From positions 662,774 to 726,773 of the forward strand of contig NW_003314264.1 of the NCBI RefSeq assembly GCF_000143415.4: 64,000 bases of DNA. Direction: 5' to 3'. A program made the position numbers and the translations under genes. Of the stretch, positions 1 through 12,770 are shown one piece after another; positions within the stretch are counted from its first letter, which is position 1; the number at the start of each line of letters is the position of its first letter. The notes beneath the pieces were generated by a model. That model searched no databases, was not told the DNA's origin, and saw only the letters and a list, made by a program, of their open reading frames with translations. This DNA comes from Selaginella moellendorffii. Its lineage: Eukaryota > Plantae > Lycopodiophyta.

Positions 1-2040
1 TTAGAAAGATGAATGGCTAGATGTATTACAAGGTGTGAGCATCCATGCATTTTAAATTTAAATATCCTTCAAATAGCTTCTACTGCTGAAATATATTGAG
101 TATTTATAAAATTTGTGACCTAATTTAATATTTTTTTAGACTATGTAGTTGTTTGGATTTCAATGGTTGCACAATTATATCCTTTTTAAACATATTGAAA
201 AAGATACTTAATATTTTTAATTGATGGACATATTTCTACATTTATATGGATTTTGTTTTTTACATAAATATTTATTATATGGGAATATAATCCATTTATT
301 ATCAATTGGAACATGATTTTTAAGGAAGGTGCAATCATTGTTTGGTCTTAAATAGTATAGGTACCCATCTACATAATATATGGTCTTGTCATTGAAGTTT
401 TTAGGATAGTTTTTTGAGCATTTTTTGTTTTTCATACATGTACTTTGAGGATTTAGTAATCCACATAGACTATGTATCATATGTGATGTGATTATTTCAA
501 ATAGTTTGGGCTCTGATAAATGGTTAAGTAATTGAGCAGATATATATTAGTCACGGTCTTTAATTTTACTTTCATTGTCTAATATGCCTAGGAAATGACA
601 ATGTGGCAATCTTTTTTTTAGAATTCAATGACATATATAAATGCAATACATCTTCCAAAGATATTATGTGTTGTAATATCATGGAGAAAATATTTTAAAT
701 CATGTCAGTCTTCAGGTCCTTCATTAGGGTGTAGATTTTGTAATGTCTTAGGCCATTTAGGGTTTCTATTGAAAATTATGAAAATATTAGGTTTTGAGTA
801 TTCTATTGCAATTGTCATAGCATCTTGGTAATTTTGTTGCATAACTCTTGGGGTTCTTATTAAAGTAGATGGTAAAATAACAATTTTTCCTAGTCGAGCA
901 TTTGCATCAGTAGCTTTGCTAGTAATATAATCCATTAAACCTGTATAAAAATCAACTCTCATACTTTTTTTATTAGATCTATAGTATTGTAAATTGTTGC
1001 TTTCAATTTTAATATAGGCATCTACAATATATTATTGGGTGAGTTTTCCAGCATGTAAAATTTGGTCATATGTAACTATAGAGGATGATAATATTAAATC
1101 ACTTTTGGACAAATAATAAGCATAATATTGAAGGAGTGTTATATGTTTGTTAGAAGAATGTTTGTCATGTTAGGCTTTATCTCCATGTAGAAAAAGCAAT
1201 GGATAAACCATAGGATTGCAATTAGCATTTAAAATAGATATATATTGTGGTTCTGATGATTTTGGATGAATGCATATTTCACGGTCAAAAAGTGGCATCC
1301 TATCTTCACTTTAGAAAACTATTACAACATCATTAGTTTGTGGAGTATTATATCGATGATGGTTTGTGCCTTCATTTTTAATGAGCATATATACTCCATG
1401 TAAAAATCTACCAGAGATAATAGTTCTTAAAATATTTTCTTGTTCCAATTTATACATCATTCTAAAAACTTTTGCATATGGATTAATATGTCAAAGTATT
1501 GTATCTAGTTGAAGCAATAAATTATAATCACAGTTAATGTTAAAAGGGTTTTGTTTTCTACGATCAATAGCCTTATTAGAGTCTAGTATGTACAATTGAC
1601 TATAACTTGGATTTTGATGTATTAAAGGATGTTGTGGCATAATTTTGTGATAGATTTGTTAATGAATTGTATAGCAATATGGACCATGACCTATAAAAGT
1701 ATTAATGTTACTTCTAAAGATGTGAAAGCAAGTGCACTAGTATATTGTCTTGTATTACTCTTGTAATTAGAGTTTTTGTGTGAGTTATATACAGAATATA
1801 GAAAAGGTGGTAACAGAAGTATTGGAGGCAGATAAACCTGTCCACTCTAGCAACAAATAGACTTGTTCTTATCGGTGAAGTATGTGACAATAGTTACAAA
1901 TATATAATAAAGGACCTATATTCATTGACAAAACAAATGTATCATTATATAGGTAATTGCTAGCAAGTGTGCTATGAATCTAAGGTGAAGGGGGCAAATG
2001 GGAATTGGAAATTGACTATTGTTCAATGTGATTAATACTC
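1..2040 (-). mobile_element. Degenerate Helitron RepHel remnant (Rep region)
   Basis: Minus-strand fragments ILPSTLIRTPRVMQQNYQDAMTI...KPNIFIIFNRNPKW and MIHSLCG..NPQSTCM...CSKNYPK..F...T....DGY match Helitron Rep motifs; many stops; AT-rich. Right boundary approximate. Confidence 0.8.
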
Positions 2041-2124
2041 AATGAGGAATTATTAAGATTTTTTTGATGTTAATACTTTATAGCCTCTTGAATATTACTA
2101 TTGTAAAAGCTATATATATGTTGT

Positions 2125-2904
2125 TGTCGTGAATGTGATTGCGAGTATCAAAAGTTACCTGTCAGCTAGTTCTTTCGAATATTCTTTCCTTACTGCCATG
2201 ATGGTAGGAGGTTGGTATTATTGGACTCTATATTAGTCCCTTTTGTGCTAGTGGAGTTAACTGGGCATTTTTGTGCTAGTGGAATTAACTGGCATATCTA
2301 TAGAATGTAGAGATTGTCTTGGACACAAAAGTGTTGGTTTCATATCTAAAAATTTGCAATTTAACACCATTCAATATTTAGTAAATTTTGAGTTAGTCCC
2401 AAAAACTAACTCTTGGTACTAGGGTGGATAAAGGTGAAAGCCCAAAATGTGTGTTCCTCAAAAGGAGGGGGTGGGTGGGGTGGGGTCGGGTGAGGATAGT
2501 GGTTAGGTCGGGCATGGCCAACCAACTTGAGGCATAATTTAGTTTATGTTTGCATGCTTGTTTTTATTCTTTGGGTTTAAACCCAAGTTCCACACCATGC
2601 TAGCTAGTGGAGTACCCATATTCTGGCTCCTTGGCTCTATACCATGCTCTTGTCCCTTCGCTCCTTGGGCTATATGCTTGGGAGTTGTTCCATGCTCTAG
2701 TTTCGTCACTCCTTGACTCTATACTTAAGAGTTTGGCTCCATTTTTTCGTTCAGTGACCCAAGGCCTTGAAATTCGAGTTCCACTCTTTTGTCCTTGGGA
2801 TATATGGCATGTGACACATGGCATATAAAGGGTTTAGGTTCCACTTCATAGTTATCCTATAGTAAATCACCATAGGATAAAGGATAGAAACCATGTGTGC
2901 TACA
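2125..2904 (+). mobile_element. LTR (5' LTR of a decayed retroelement; internally deleted)
   Basis: Starts TGTCGTGAAT, ends GTGCTACA, followed by the tRNA-Met PBS-like TTTGGTATTAGAG (2905-2917); homologous to 7928-8338/21370-22075, 51572-52493 and 59916-61033. Confidence 0.75.
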
Positions 2905-5900
2905 TTTGGTATTAGAGAATGAAGTCTCAGTGAGTACTATCTAATAAGATTGGGAAACTAGTTTTGTTGCATACGCAGAGATGCAAATGATGAGTTGTTC
3001 CATGTACCATGGGTTAAAAGTAAACTTCCCTTGGGTTTGCTATAAGTGGGAAATAGGCTAATCCATAGCTGTTTAGCATGGCACTAGTGGATCTTTCTTA
3101 CGCATGATTATAAGTGGATCAATCAAGATTGTAAGGATTAATCTATTAGTTCAAGTAGTCATTATTATGCTCTCTCATAAACTTTTCTTGAATTGGACTA
3201 AAGGTAGTGCGGACATAAACTTAAGGTTTAGTCAAGATGAGACCAAAAAGAGAGTTGTCAAAGACAAAGGATCAAACACATAAATCATTTTCTCTTCTTG
3301 AAGAGATAATTTGCAACAAGGTGTGACTCATTTCTCGTGGTCACATCGTGCAATAAAAAATCTCTAGTTTGATACATATTGGTTATAATGGTCTTAAAAG
3401 TGGTGAGTTGTGAGATGGATAGTGGTGAAATGTTAAACCATTTTGCCTAGGTTTACTATTAAAGATTTGGATTACAATGCTCAATTTTGTAAGCAACTAA
3501 AGGGAACAACTCAAGAGATGATCTATGGGGTTCAAATATAGAGGGAAAAGGGCCCATGAAAAAGAGTGCACCCCTTTTTTTAATCGATTAAGGTTTTGGG
3601 ATATTTGGGGTTAAGTATCCTTGGGTTTGAATAAAATTGGGCTGAGTGACCTCTCGAGAAGTCCAAACTAAAAATTTACATTTGGTATTAAAGGGGTCTC
3701 AGGTCCGACTCTGTTAGTTGGCTAGGGGAATCACACCACATGTTGATTGACATCTAGCAAGTTCAATTTGCTCCCGTTAGGCTCGACCTAAGGGGTAGGG
3801 TCAAGAGAGCGGGGTAGTTGCAGCTCTTGGCTTTCATTTACGAGGGTGTAAACTTGCAAAGAAGTGTGGTGGATTGTAAGTAATAAAAGGGAATGACTTG
3901 AGAGATGGTCCATGGGGTTTAAATATAGAGGGAAAGGGCCCATAAATAAAAGTGCACCCCCTTTTTCAATCGATTAAGGGTCTTAGGATATTTGGGGTTA
4001 AATATTTTTGGGTTTGAATAGTACTGAGTTGGGTGACCTCCTGACAAGTCCAAACTAGAAATTTACAAATTCTTTTTTAGGGAACCTTGCTTTTGCTCCT
4101 TAAGTAGTTTGGTGTTGGATTAATTTTAAGTTTGGTCTGATAAAGAGTGGCATAAGCTTGTCTGTGTTGTGAATAAAAGTTAGCGATGTTGGATGTTGTA
4201 AATCTCTATCGGTGGGGTGTGGCATTTATGTTGCATTTTTCTTTTACTCTTGAGTAGCTTAGTGTTGGATTAGTTTTGAGTTTGGTCGGATAGAGAGTGG
4301 CATGAGCTTGTCTATGTTATGAACAAAAGTTAATGATGTTGGATGTTGTAAATCTCTATCAGTGGGGTATGGCATTTATGTTGTATTTTGTCGAATCGAG
4401 TTGGCACTTGATACTCACATAAATCTTTGAGATAATAACATGGGTGTTGCTTGTGGTGTTACTCAATTTATGATCAAGTTATTGTGATACTTATATCATA
4501 TCTATATGATAATGAGTAATATGTTTACGAAGTTACTTGGTTGATCAACTCTAAAGTGGTTGATAGTGAACCTAAACTACTTGCAATTAGTAGCATTGAA
4601 GTAGCTTTGACTTAGTTCTCAATGGTGGTCCATTATACTAAGCTTGAGTTGGTACTTTGTTTGCTTAAAGGTTTGCTTATCAAGGTGTTGAAAAAAAGTT
4701 ATAATATCCACTTGCTATAACTTATTAGTTTATCTATTACCATTTGGAGTAGATTGTTGGTTGGAGAAGGTGTGTATTTGAGGCATTGACATCACTAACA
4801 CTTGTGTTAGTGGATTTCAAGTGATGAGGAATTTTCTTTAGAACTTGATTTTTCATATCATTTTTCTTTTTAGTGTTTTAGCTTTACATTGGATTTTAAA
4901 AGTGATTGAAGAAGAGTGTTAGTGCAATGTGGATATATAACGATATAGTCTTCATGATCAAGCCTTGGATGTTCATTTTGCATTTTGCAAATGTCGGTGT
5001 TGAATGTTAGAAATATAAGCAAGATGTTTGATGCTTAGATATACTATTGGGTCATAAAAATTTGTGTTGAGGTGAACCTATATGAAGTTGTTAGTAAAAG
5101 GAAGTTGGTTGAGTCTTGAAAATTTATATTCCTAGATTGAGAGTCATTCTTTCTCTAGAATAGAAAATTTTTCACAAATTTTCTTAGGCTTTTGCAATGG
5201 TTGATCTATTGATCATTTTGCTTGAAAACCATTCCATTTTTGTAAGCCAATACAAACTAAAATAGGGGTTGGAGTTGACTATGGTTGGTTTAAACCTTAG
5301 TAAATAATTTATATGATGTGACCCAAAAGGGATATTGATTTTTGGGGCTAAGGCAATTGAATTAGATAGAGTTTGGAATTGGTGTAAAAAGTGAATATTG
5401 CACTTTTCTAAAAAGGTGACCCTTGTGTTTGTTTTTTTTTTTGTAGCATTATGCTTGGTGGCAAGTTGCATCTTGAATTTTGTTAAACTCTATAAGAGTA
5501 GTGAGCTTTCACTAATTTTGATTTGGTGGCCTTACATCTTGGCTGAGGATAATGATATCCAACTTAGTTGTTTGAAGTTAAGATATTAGTACCCATACTA
5601 TAGCTTTGTTTATGAGGAGGTTGTGTACCAATATGAGTCCATCTCATGATTTTCACTTTAGTTTTGACTAAATGTGATCATGCATACTTAACCTTTTCAA
5701 GGCATACTCAAAGCTATTGACTAAACATGTTGATGAGCTTATTGTTATACAATTGGATTTAGTCATTTAATCTATCCTTGTCTATGTTCCTATATCTCAT
5801 ACCTGAGGTATTACTTTCATGTTAGATAATTATATGACTTGATGGCATGAGTTTAGTGTTGGGTCTTATGAAAGGCAAGTTGAAAAGTGATTAATAATTG

Positions 5901-7927
5901 ATTTGTGACTAGTGGTTGCATATAAACTTTATTAAGGACTGTTGACACTTGCTTTGTTCGATAATCATTTAGCAGTGATAGATTTTTTTTATTAGATGGT
6001 GTTGTAAAGGATTGTGTCGTTAAACTTACATGGTTTTTCCATGTTAGCATGTTGACTCTACCTCTATCGATATCATTTAGTTGTATTTAGTCTATGGTGT
6101 TAGATTTCATTGAGTCTTAGATGTGATAATTCACTCTTTGATGAAATGTTATCTGTAGCTGAGGTATTGTTGAAGGATTAGTTTCAAATACTAGGTATGA
6201 TATTTTTTACTTTGGTTAGCTTAGTTGCTAAAGAGCTTTGAGTGGTGATTCACTTTTGGTTTTTTTTTAATTTGTTTTGGTGTTCATGGCATTGAAGCAA
6301 TGCCTTGTTATTAACATTATCAATATTGAAACTTGAGTGAAATGAGATATTCTTTGGTCACTTGTTGAGCATAACTTAGCTTCTGGATGTACTAAGAAGG
6401 ATATTATGGGTTGTACTATGATTTCTTCTTTAACATTGAAGTTACTTGATTTGAGATTTGTGATCATTGTTAAGCAAGATTTAGCTATAACCTTCTTTGA
6501 GCTTTCAGTTCATTGAGTTTTCATGCTCATTATTCTATTTGTTAGGAGTTGTTGGGAAAGGCATTTTGGCTCATTAGCTTTGATGTTGAAATAGTATTTG
6601 CATTTAGCAATCATTGGTGATGATTAACTATCATCTAGGATAATTGATTATTCTTCTTAAAGGTTTTTCTTGATTATTGTTGATATAGAATGATTTACCA
6701 TTCTTCAAGATGGTGGATTCGTTTTTCAATGATGATTATGCATCTGGTCATTGATGGGATGATTGATAATTTTTCATGATAGTTACTTATTCTCTTTGAT
6801 GGCTTTTAGTTTTTTGTATTATCACATTTCTTTGTGGTTTGCTTTGGATTAGTCTCTTGGGTTTGAGATATTAGTAGGATGTAGCTAATAATTACTTGAG
6901 CAATTTGAGTCTCTTAGTATGGTTGATTGGGATTTATTTTAATTGGGTAATGTGAAAGTTAATATGAATGTTATGTTTGTTGGTCTTGCCACATTCATTT
7001 TGTTCTGTTGATTTCTGTTATAGTTAGTTTTGTTAGATTAAATATTATTTCTTTTGGGTGATACATTCGTAAGCATTTTGTTTGCTAGTCGCTGATACTT
7101 TGTGTGTTCTTTGAGTTATTTTACATAAGTTGTTTAGCATGCTATCTGCAAACTTTGATAGTTAAGTTTTATCATTGAGTTTTCTTGATGATACGTTGGC
7201 TATTAAATTTTGTTAAATGGTGAATCTTATATTTTCCAATTATAATGATTTTGGTGGTTCCTATACTATAGTTCTGGTTTATTGGATGATAAGTTACTTA
7301 GAATATTTTGTGTTCTAATCTTAAGATTTATTCACTGATAATTAAATCTCTTAGATATCATTGTCTCAGACTTTGATATTGTCCATTTATTGATATTTGA
7401 GTTTGGGCCAGTATAGGTAGACTGAGTTCGGCACTTCGTATGTATGGTGAAATCTCTAGTTATGGGGTAGCTACTATCAACTGATTATATCATCCATCTC
7501 TTTGTCGATGTTCCTTATATTGTAAAAAGGGCATGACTGGGTAAGAAACTTTAATTGTCTGCTTCTAGTAGTTTATTTAAACCTTACCAATGGGTTTAGT
7601 TTCTTTGTTCATGAGGGTTAGGGCCTTTAGCTTCTCTCTCTATATCCTTGTAGACAGGAGCGTATCACACTTTTGTAAGCTGGGTGACACTTAGAGTAGC
7701 AAGGGTGGCTAACTCCATTGGTTATTTCCTTGTCGGCGACAACCAGAAGGTGTTTGAGTTTATAGCACAATTGCGTTAAATAAAGAGGTTACCTTAACTC
7801 ATTTAAGTTGGTGCAGTTCTCACAAAGTGTGAACACCATGAACTTTTTCTAGAGTTGTTTCCTTGGTGGTGTTCTAGACTAGAGTATATATCAATAAGGA
7901 CGTCAATTTTCTCTAAGGGGGGGAGAG
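2905..7927 (+). mobile_element. Internal region of a decayed or non-autonomous LTR retroelement
   Basis: Bounded by the PBS and a PPT (AAGGGGGGGAGAG just before 7928); T-rich with no recognisable intact ORF; 5' part repeated at 22076-23496, 3' end repeated at ~51230-51571. Confidence 0.65.
3488..4067 (+). mobile_element. Cassandra-type TRIM with 5S rRNA-derived LTRs (5' LTR truncated)
   Basis: 5S-like cores at 3610-3664 and 3997-4051 (GTTAA...GTGACCTC...AAGTCC); PBS TTTGGTAT at 3681; ~120-bp internal region; PPT AGGGGTAGGG at 3791-3800; near-TSD AATTT/AATTC. Confidence 0.8.
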
Positions 7928-8338
7928 TGTCGCGAATATGATTATAGATATCGAAAGTTATCTGTTGGTTAGTCCTTTTGGATATTCTTTCTTTACTGCC
8001 ATGGCAGTAGAATGTTGGTACTGTTGGACCTTTTATCAATCCTCTTATGCTAGTGGAGTTAATTGAGCATTTTTAGTATACTGAGACCAAATGAGCATAA
8101 GGATGAAATTCCTACATGCTATTAGCTAAACATATTTAGTCTCGTAAGGAGTTCCCATCTCATTATGTCTTGCATTAGCTCCCCGCGTATTAAGACTAAT
8201 CCCTCAATATTGCCGAATGATAGTTTACCATATTTGCTAAACACCCTCACTATCATACCCCTTGTGTTGGTCTTATTCGGTCCCAATGGTTATTTATGAA
8301 AAGTGTCTAGATTTGCTAATTTAGCATATTTACAAAAT
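7928..8338 (+). mobile_element. LTR, left part (split by transposon E1)
   Basis: TGTCGCGAATATG directly after the PPT; continues at 21370; the uninterrupted site ...TACAAAATGTAGAG is visible in the paralogous LTR near 52000. Confidence 0.8.
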
Positions 8339-8999
8339 AAGCTCTATTTCGTTAAAGTGGGATTTATTCAGTAAAATGGGACTAGGTACAAATTTTCAAG
8401 TATTTGAAAATGACGTGAAATTATATGTTTTTCGTCCAGGGGCTAGACATATCTGGGGCATGGTGACTAGCGCGGTGACTTTGTGTCTAGACTGAGTCCA
8501 TCTGGTTGTATAATAAATCTCATTGTCAAGGTGAACAAGCTGAATCTGAAGCTAAAGAAGAGCGATGGCATGCGTGCACACACTATTTTGTTTGTTCATT
8601 GAGCGTGTGGTGAGCTTTCCAAGATGAACGTCATTCCTATTAGCCAGACATATAACTTAATGGTGAGAACATTTAGATATTATTCAATGTTATCTTTTTC
8701 TAACGAATCTAATTGTGAAGGTGTAGCAAGAGGCATTGCTAGTCTGGAGAAGTCATTTAACTCATTTGACCCTTAGTGTATTTTCATGAAACTAAATAAC
8801 ATTCATATTATTAAGGAATTTCTCTAGTACCTTTTTTTTACGACATAGAGGCTTGCATTTCTTTTTAAGGTGATTTAGTAAAAGGCCTGAGGGCACATGC
8901 CATTCTATTTCTCAGACCGGTATTAAGATATACTAGTGCAAAGGGAAAAAGGTATTTGATGATCAAGTAAATGGCATGAGGGCACACGCCATTATAAGC

Positions 9000-9272
9000 C
9001 TAAGCGCTAGTGGACACCTCCTTTTTGGTACTCTCAGCGGTACTATCATCCTTCTCCAGGTCAGTTGTTTTGCTTTGGATTGTTGTCTCTGACGTTACTG
9101 GGGCGTTCTCGATAGTTGTTAATGTTGCCGTTTGTTCAGAAAAATGATCACTTGGAGTATAGTACGGGGAGTTTGGAAGACTTATATATTCTACATCTTC
9201 ACCTATCTCCTTCTCCGTCTCCTTTTCTGCCTCACTTACAGATTTTGTGCTTGCCATGAGAACGCTCTTCAC
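9000..9272 (-). CDS. Small acidic, S/T-rich ORF downstream of the transposase (possible terminal exon or third gene)
   Basis: Open in E1 and E2 (35933-36205) with biased composition; deleted in E3; no recognisable domain. Confidence 0.35.
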   Translation of the reverse strand: MKSVLMASTKSVSEAEKETEKEIGEDVEYISLPNSPYYTPSDHFSEQTATLTTIENAPVTSETTIQSKTTDLEKDDSTAESTKKEVSTSA

Positions 9273-9970
9273 CCTAAAATATGGAGTTCATTGTGTTATA
9301 AAAGGAAACCAACACACACGCTACAAGGGAATGATGGTACATAAAGCACGTAAGCCCACAATATGGGTTTATGTGCCATTAATATGGGCCACACGCCATA
9401 TTATTAGATTTATACACGTGTGATTGGTAAATGCATATGTCACATCATCTTTGTTTTACCTCACACACTATATCAGGCCTAATGAACCATATCACATGTG
9501 CGCACATGCTATATATATGGAGAAGTATTATGCAAGGATAGAAAAATTCAATGCATGATTGTGGAGAGCAATGGCATGAAGCCACATGCTAAATAACATT
9601 TTAGAGAAAGAATTAAAATAGAAACATGCAAACAGTACTGAGTGGACCAAGACTTAGAAGTGCACAATTGAATCAGGTATTTCTAATAAATATTTCACTC
9701 ACCTCATATAGGAATGGCTACCACTCTCAAATGGCGTATCACCTCATGCCATCACCTCGCAATTTGTTATAACAATCCGATGAATTCATATTCAGCTTGT
9801 TCACCTTGAACTTTAAGTAAGATTTGCTAGAACAACTAAGAATTTATACTTGTTATTTGTATCATCTCACCTAGGAATGGCGTAAGGCCATATGCCATCA
9901 CGCCTCCTCTGATTCAGATTCGGATTGTTCACTTTGAAATAAAATACATTAGAAACTTAGTAAAGGAATA

Positions 9971-12770
9971 TAAATGAATCTCACCTTAAACCCGGGTTAT
10001 AAATGCTCTTGCTGCATCTCTTGCATGGTCTGGCAAGGTGATGGTGGCACTCTGCTTCCGCATCCAACCATGCACAACATTATCCACCGATATGCTCATG
10101 CTGGGATCCCTTGGATTCATCACTCATCTCTTTTCTAGGCAATCCTTCGTATATTCGGAACTTGGCTTGAACCACTCCACAGTTACATTGAAGGAGTTAG
10201 TTTCCGCGTCCTCCTCTGCATCAGTGATGCAACGCCCCACCCATATCATTTGTTTTTTATTACTGGGTCTGACAAGCACGACCATTCCTTTGCAGACCTG
10301 TACTGGATTGAATGCTGAATCCAGCTTCTTGTTCCTCGGCCCACAATAGTGATCCTCAACATCGTTATCTGTCACTGCATTTCCAGAGGACATTGTTCCG
10401 CTACTATCTGGTGCTCTGGGTTCTGGCCAAAAGGACTCTTCCAATTCTTCATATACAACCGGCCCATTTTGGATAGCAGATATAATCTTCTCCCAGTATT
10501 CGAGCAAAGGCTTGCACCTCTGAAAATAGGATTCTCCACCAAACACCAACCCCCTCTTCCAGAAGGCAATATGCTGTCTAATCCCGGCCACTATACTTTC
10601 CTGGTCTTTGAGTCCATCCATGTGCATCGGCCGTGGGGAACCCTGAGGAATCATAGGTTCCCCAGTTATGGGATCTCTCTTGAAGAATTCAATGCCGTCC
10701 ACTGGCAGCCACACTATGTCCCATTCTCTCATCTTGTACCTCATCACTGGAGCACTGTCACGCATGCTGAAATGAAACTGAAGAGGCTTGGAGTGGCCAA
10801 TCAGCGTTTCGGATCCATCCCTGATGTAGCCTTTTACAAACCCCTTAAAGTCTGGAACCTCTGTCACAAGTGCAGCTTCAACAGTGCCTTTGATGCAATT
10901 TTGGAATTCATCGTAGAGTTGTGGGAGGGTGAGGACATTGGATCGCCGGAGGGACTCTGCCAGGTGACTAAACATGGCATCAACGTCTTCATGAGTGTGC
11001 CCAACCATGAGAAAGCCAAGTCTAACCGTTTCAAATATGCCTTTGGCAACAAGCATCGCCAAGTACGCGAAGACGTACATCTTTTTGTTCTCACTGCCAG
11101 CATTGTTTGTTTGGAGCAGAAGATGGGGTGGAAGGCCACATCGGCCGCAAGAACTTCCTTGAGATTCTGCTTCGTTTGGATGAGGCTGTGCATTCACCGG
11201 GCGACCAGCCTCGTCGGAATGGCATGAGGCCTCACGTGATAACCCTACAATCTGACGGCCAACATATTCACTGGGATGGCATGGGGCCCCACGCGATACT
11301 GCAAGCCTTTGCTCCTCCTCCAGCTAAACCTTGTATGGGGTTTGATCGACAAGGGCCTTATGCAAGGGTTGGCCGTTTAGCTCAGTTTGCGCACTTTGTA
11401 GAGACCTTAAGTGTTTTGCTAGGGATGCAATCATCATGTTTGCACCCCCGCCACCCCATAGAGGTCCAAAGAAGTTCCCATAGTTCTGGGCACCATGCCC
11501 ATGAGCGATTATGCCAAACAAAGACACAGGCACCTGCATGGATGAAGAGATTGCCTTGGGGGCAGGATTGAGTCGAGGTAAGCACGTCTTTTTTTGGTCC
11601 ATTTTGTCGTGGATGATGCAGAGGTAAGAGTCAGGTCTCTCCATGGAGAGAATCCTGTTATGATAATATGCAGTCCTGCAGCTTCTTTGCTCGATGTTGT
11701 GGTCGAGCCGCCTTCTAACCAACGTCTCTCGCTCTTGAGCGCTGCAAAAATTCTTCGACAAAGCCATTTTGATAGCAGTGCACTCATCACACTTTGAAAA
11801 GCTGGAGTACTTTCCTATACTCACATCCCTGAACCTGTTGCTCCACAATCTACTAAATCTAGATTGGCTCAGCTTCTTGTAGCCATTACTCTGGAGTTCC
11901 CGATTCACATCTTCCAATATGGCCCCCTTGGTATACATGGAAGGGAGAACTTGTTGGGTGTCTCGTGTTCCATCTTCCAAGAGGCGGGTTTTATGTGGTT
12001 GCTGCTCGCTACATGTCTCGACAAACCTCTTGAAGATTGCCTCTCCATATACAACATGACCTCTGGTTTTGTGCGTACCGTCGTTCCCATGGACTGTCTG
12101 TTGAACCCTTTGTTCCTTGAACTCAGTTTTGATTCTGTAAAATGTGGTTTGAGGGACTCCATAAATGATTCTCCATGCCTTCATGCAGACCAAACCCCTC
12201 TGGAAGACCATGCTCCCCACTTGATGTTCTGAAGCATCAACAGATGACCGTAATGCCTCATACACAAAATTGCGAGCTGCCTTCCAGGACAATGTCTTGT
12301 ATCTTGCTCTCTCCTCTTCAATAACATCCCAATCAGCATGTTGACAGCACCTCCTCTTGCAACAAGCAACTGTCGAGACAATTCGAACCTCCATCGCCAT
12401 TTTCTACTTTTTCGGTTTGTTGCTCAGATCCCTTTGGCTGCGCTTTAGGAAGGTGTACTTTCTTTTCCCATGAAGAGATGTTCTATCATCAGTTGTAGTG
12501 GTGTTTGAGTGTGAATCCTTCACATTCTCAAACACTAAGTGCCTCAATTTCCACCGCACAATGCTTCCAATAGTCAGACTGTTTTTTTCTGTGTCAACAA
12601 CCTCTAAAATCGCAACTCTAATATCATCCCAGCCCAATTCTTGATTAGCAACCGCATCTCTTGGATTGACAACTGTGGCTAAGCCCTCGATCCATAGACA
12701 CAAGGGTCCCTTTTGCAACTCTCTTCCCACCATTCAAAATATAAACCTTTTCTCCAACCCTGAAGGCCAT
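9971..12770 (-). pseudogene. E1 Sola-type transposase, disrupted
   Basis: Motifs CCKRRC, VCMKAWRIIYGV, SKCDEC, HDKMDQKK, LQTNNAGSENK, GHTHEDVDAMFS; ~269-bp deletion near 12690 and several stops (e.g. 11324). Confidence 0.85.

Noticed and set aside
2804-2826. LTR sequence ATGGCATGTGACACATGGCAT (also near 52390) as a copy of the 22-bp palindrome
   Set aside because: The spacer is 5 bp and the right arm is CATGGCAT, not CATGCCAT; it is part of a TGGCATG microrepeat in the LTR.
10349-11227. Long antisense ORFs over the transposase and cargo (292, 270, 202, 159 aa and others)
   Set aside because: Shadow ORFs of real coding strands; their recurrence only reflects the high identity of the three copies.
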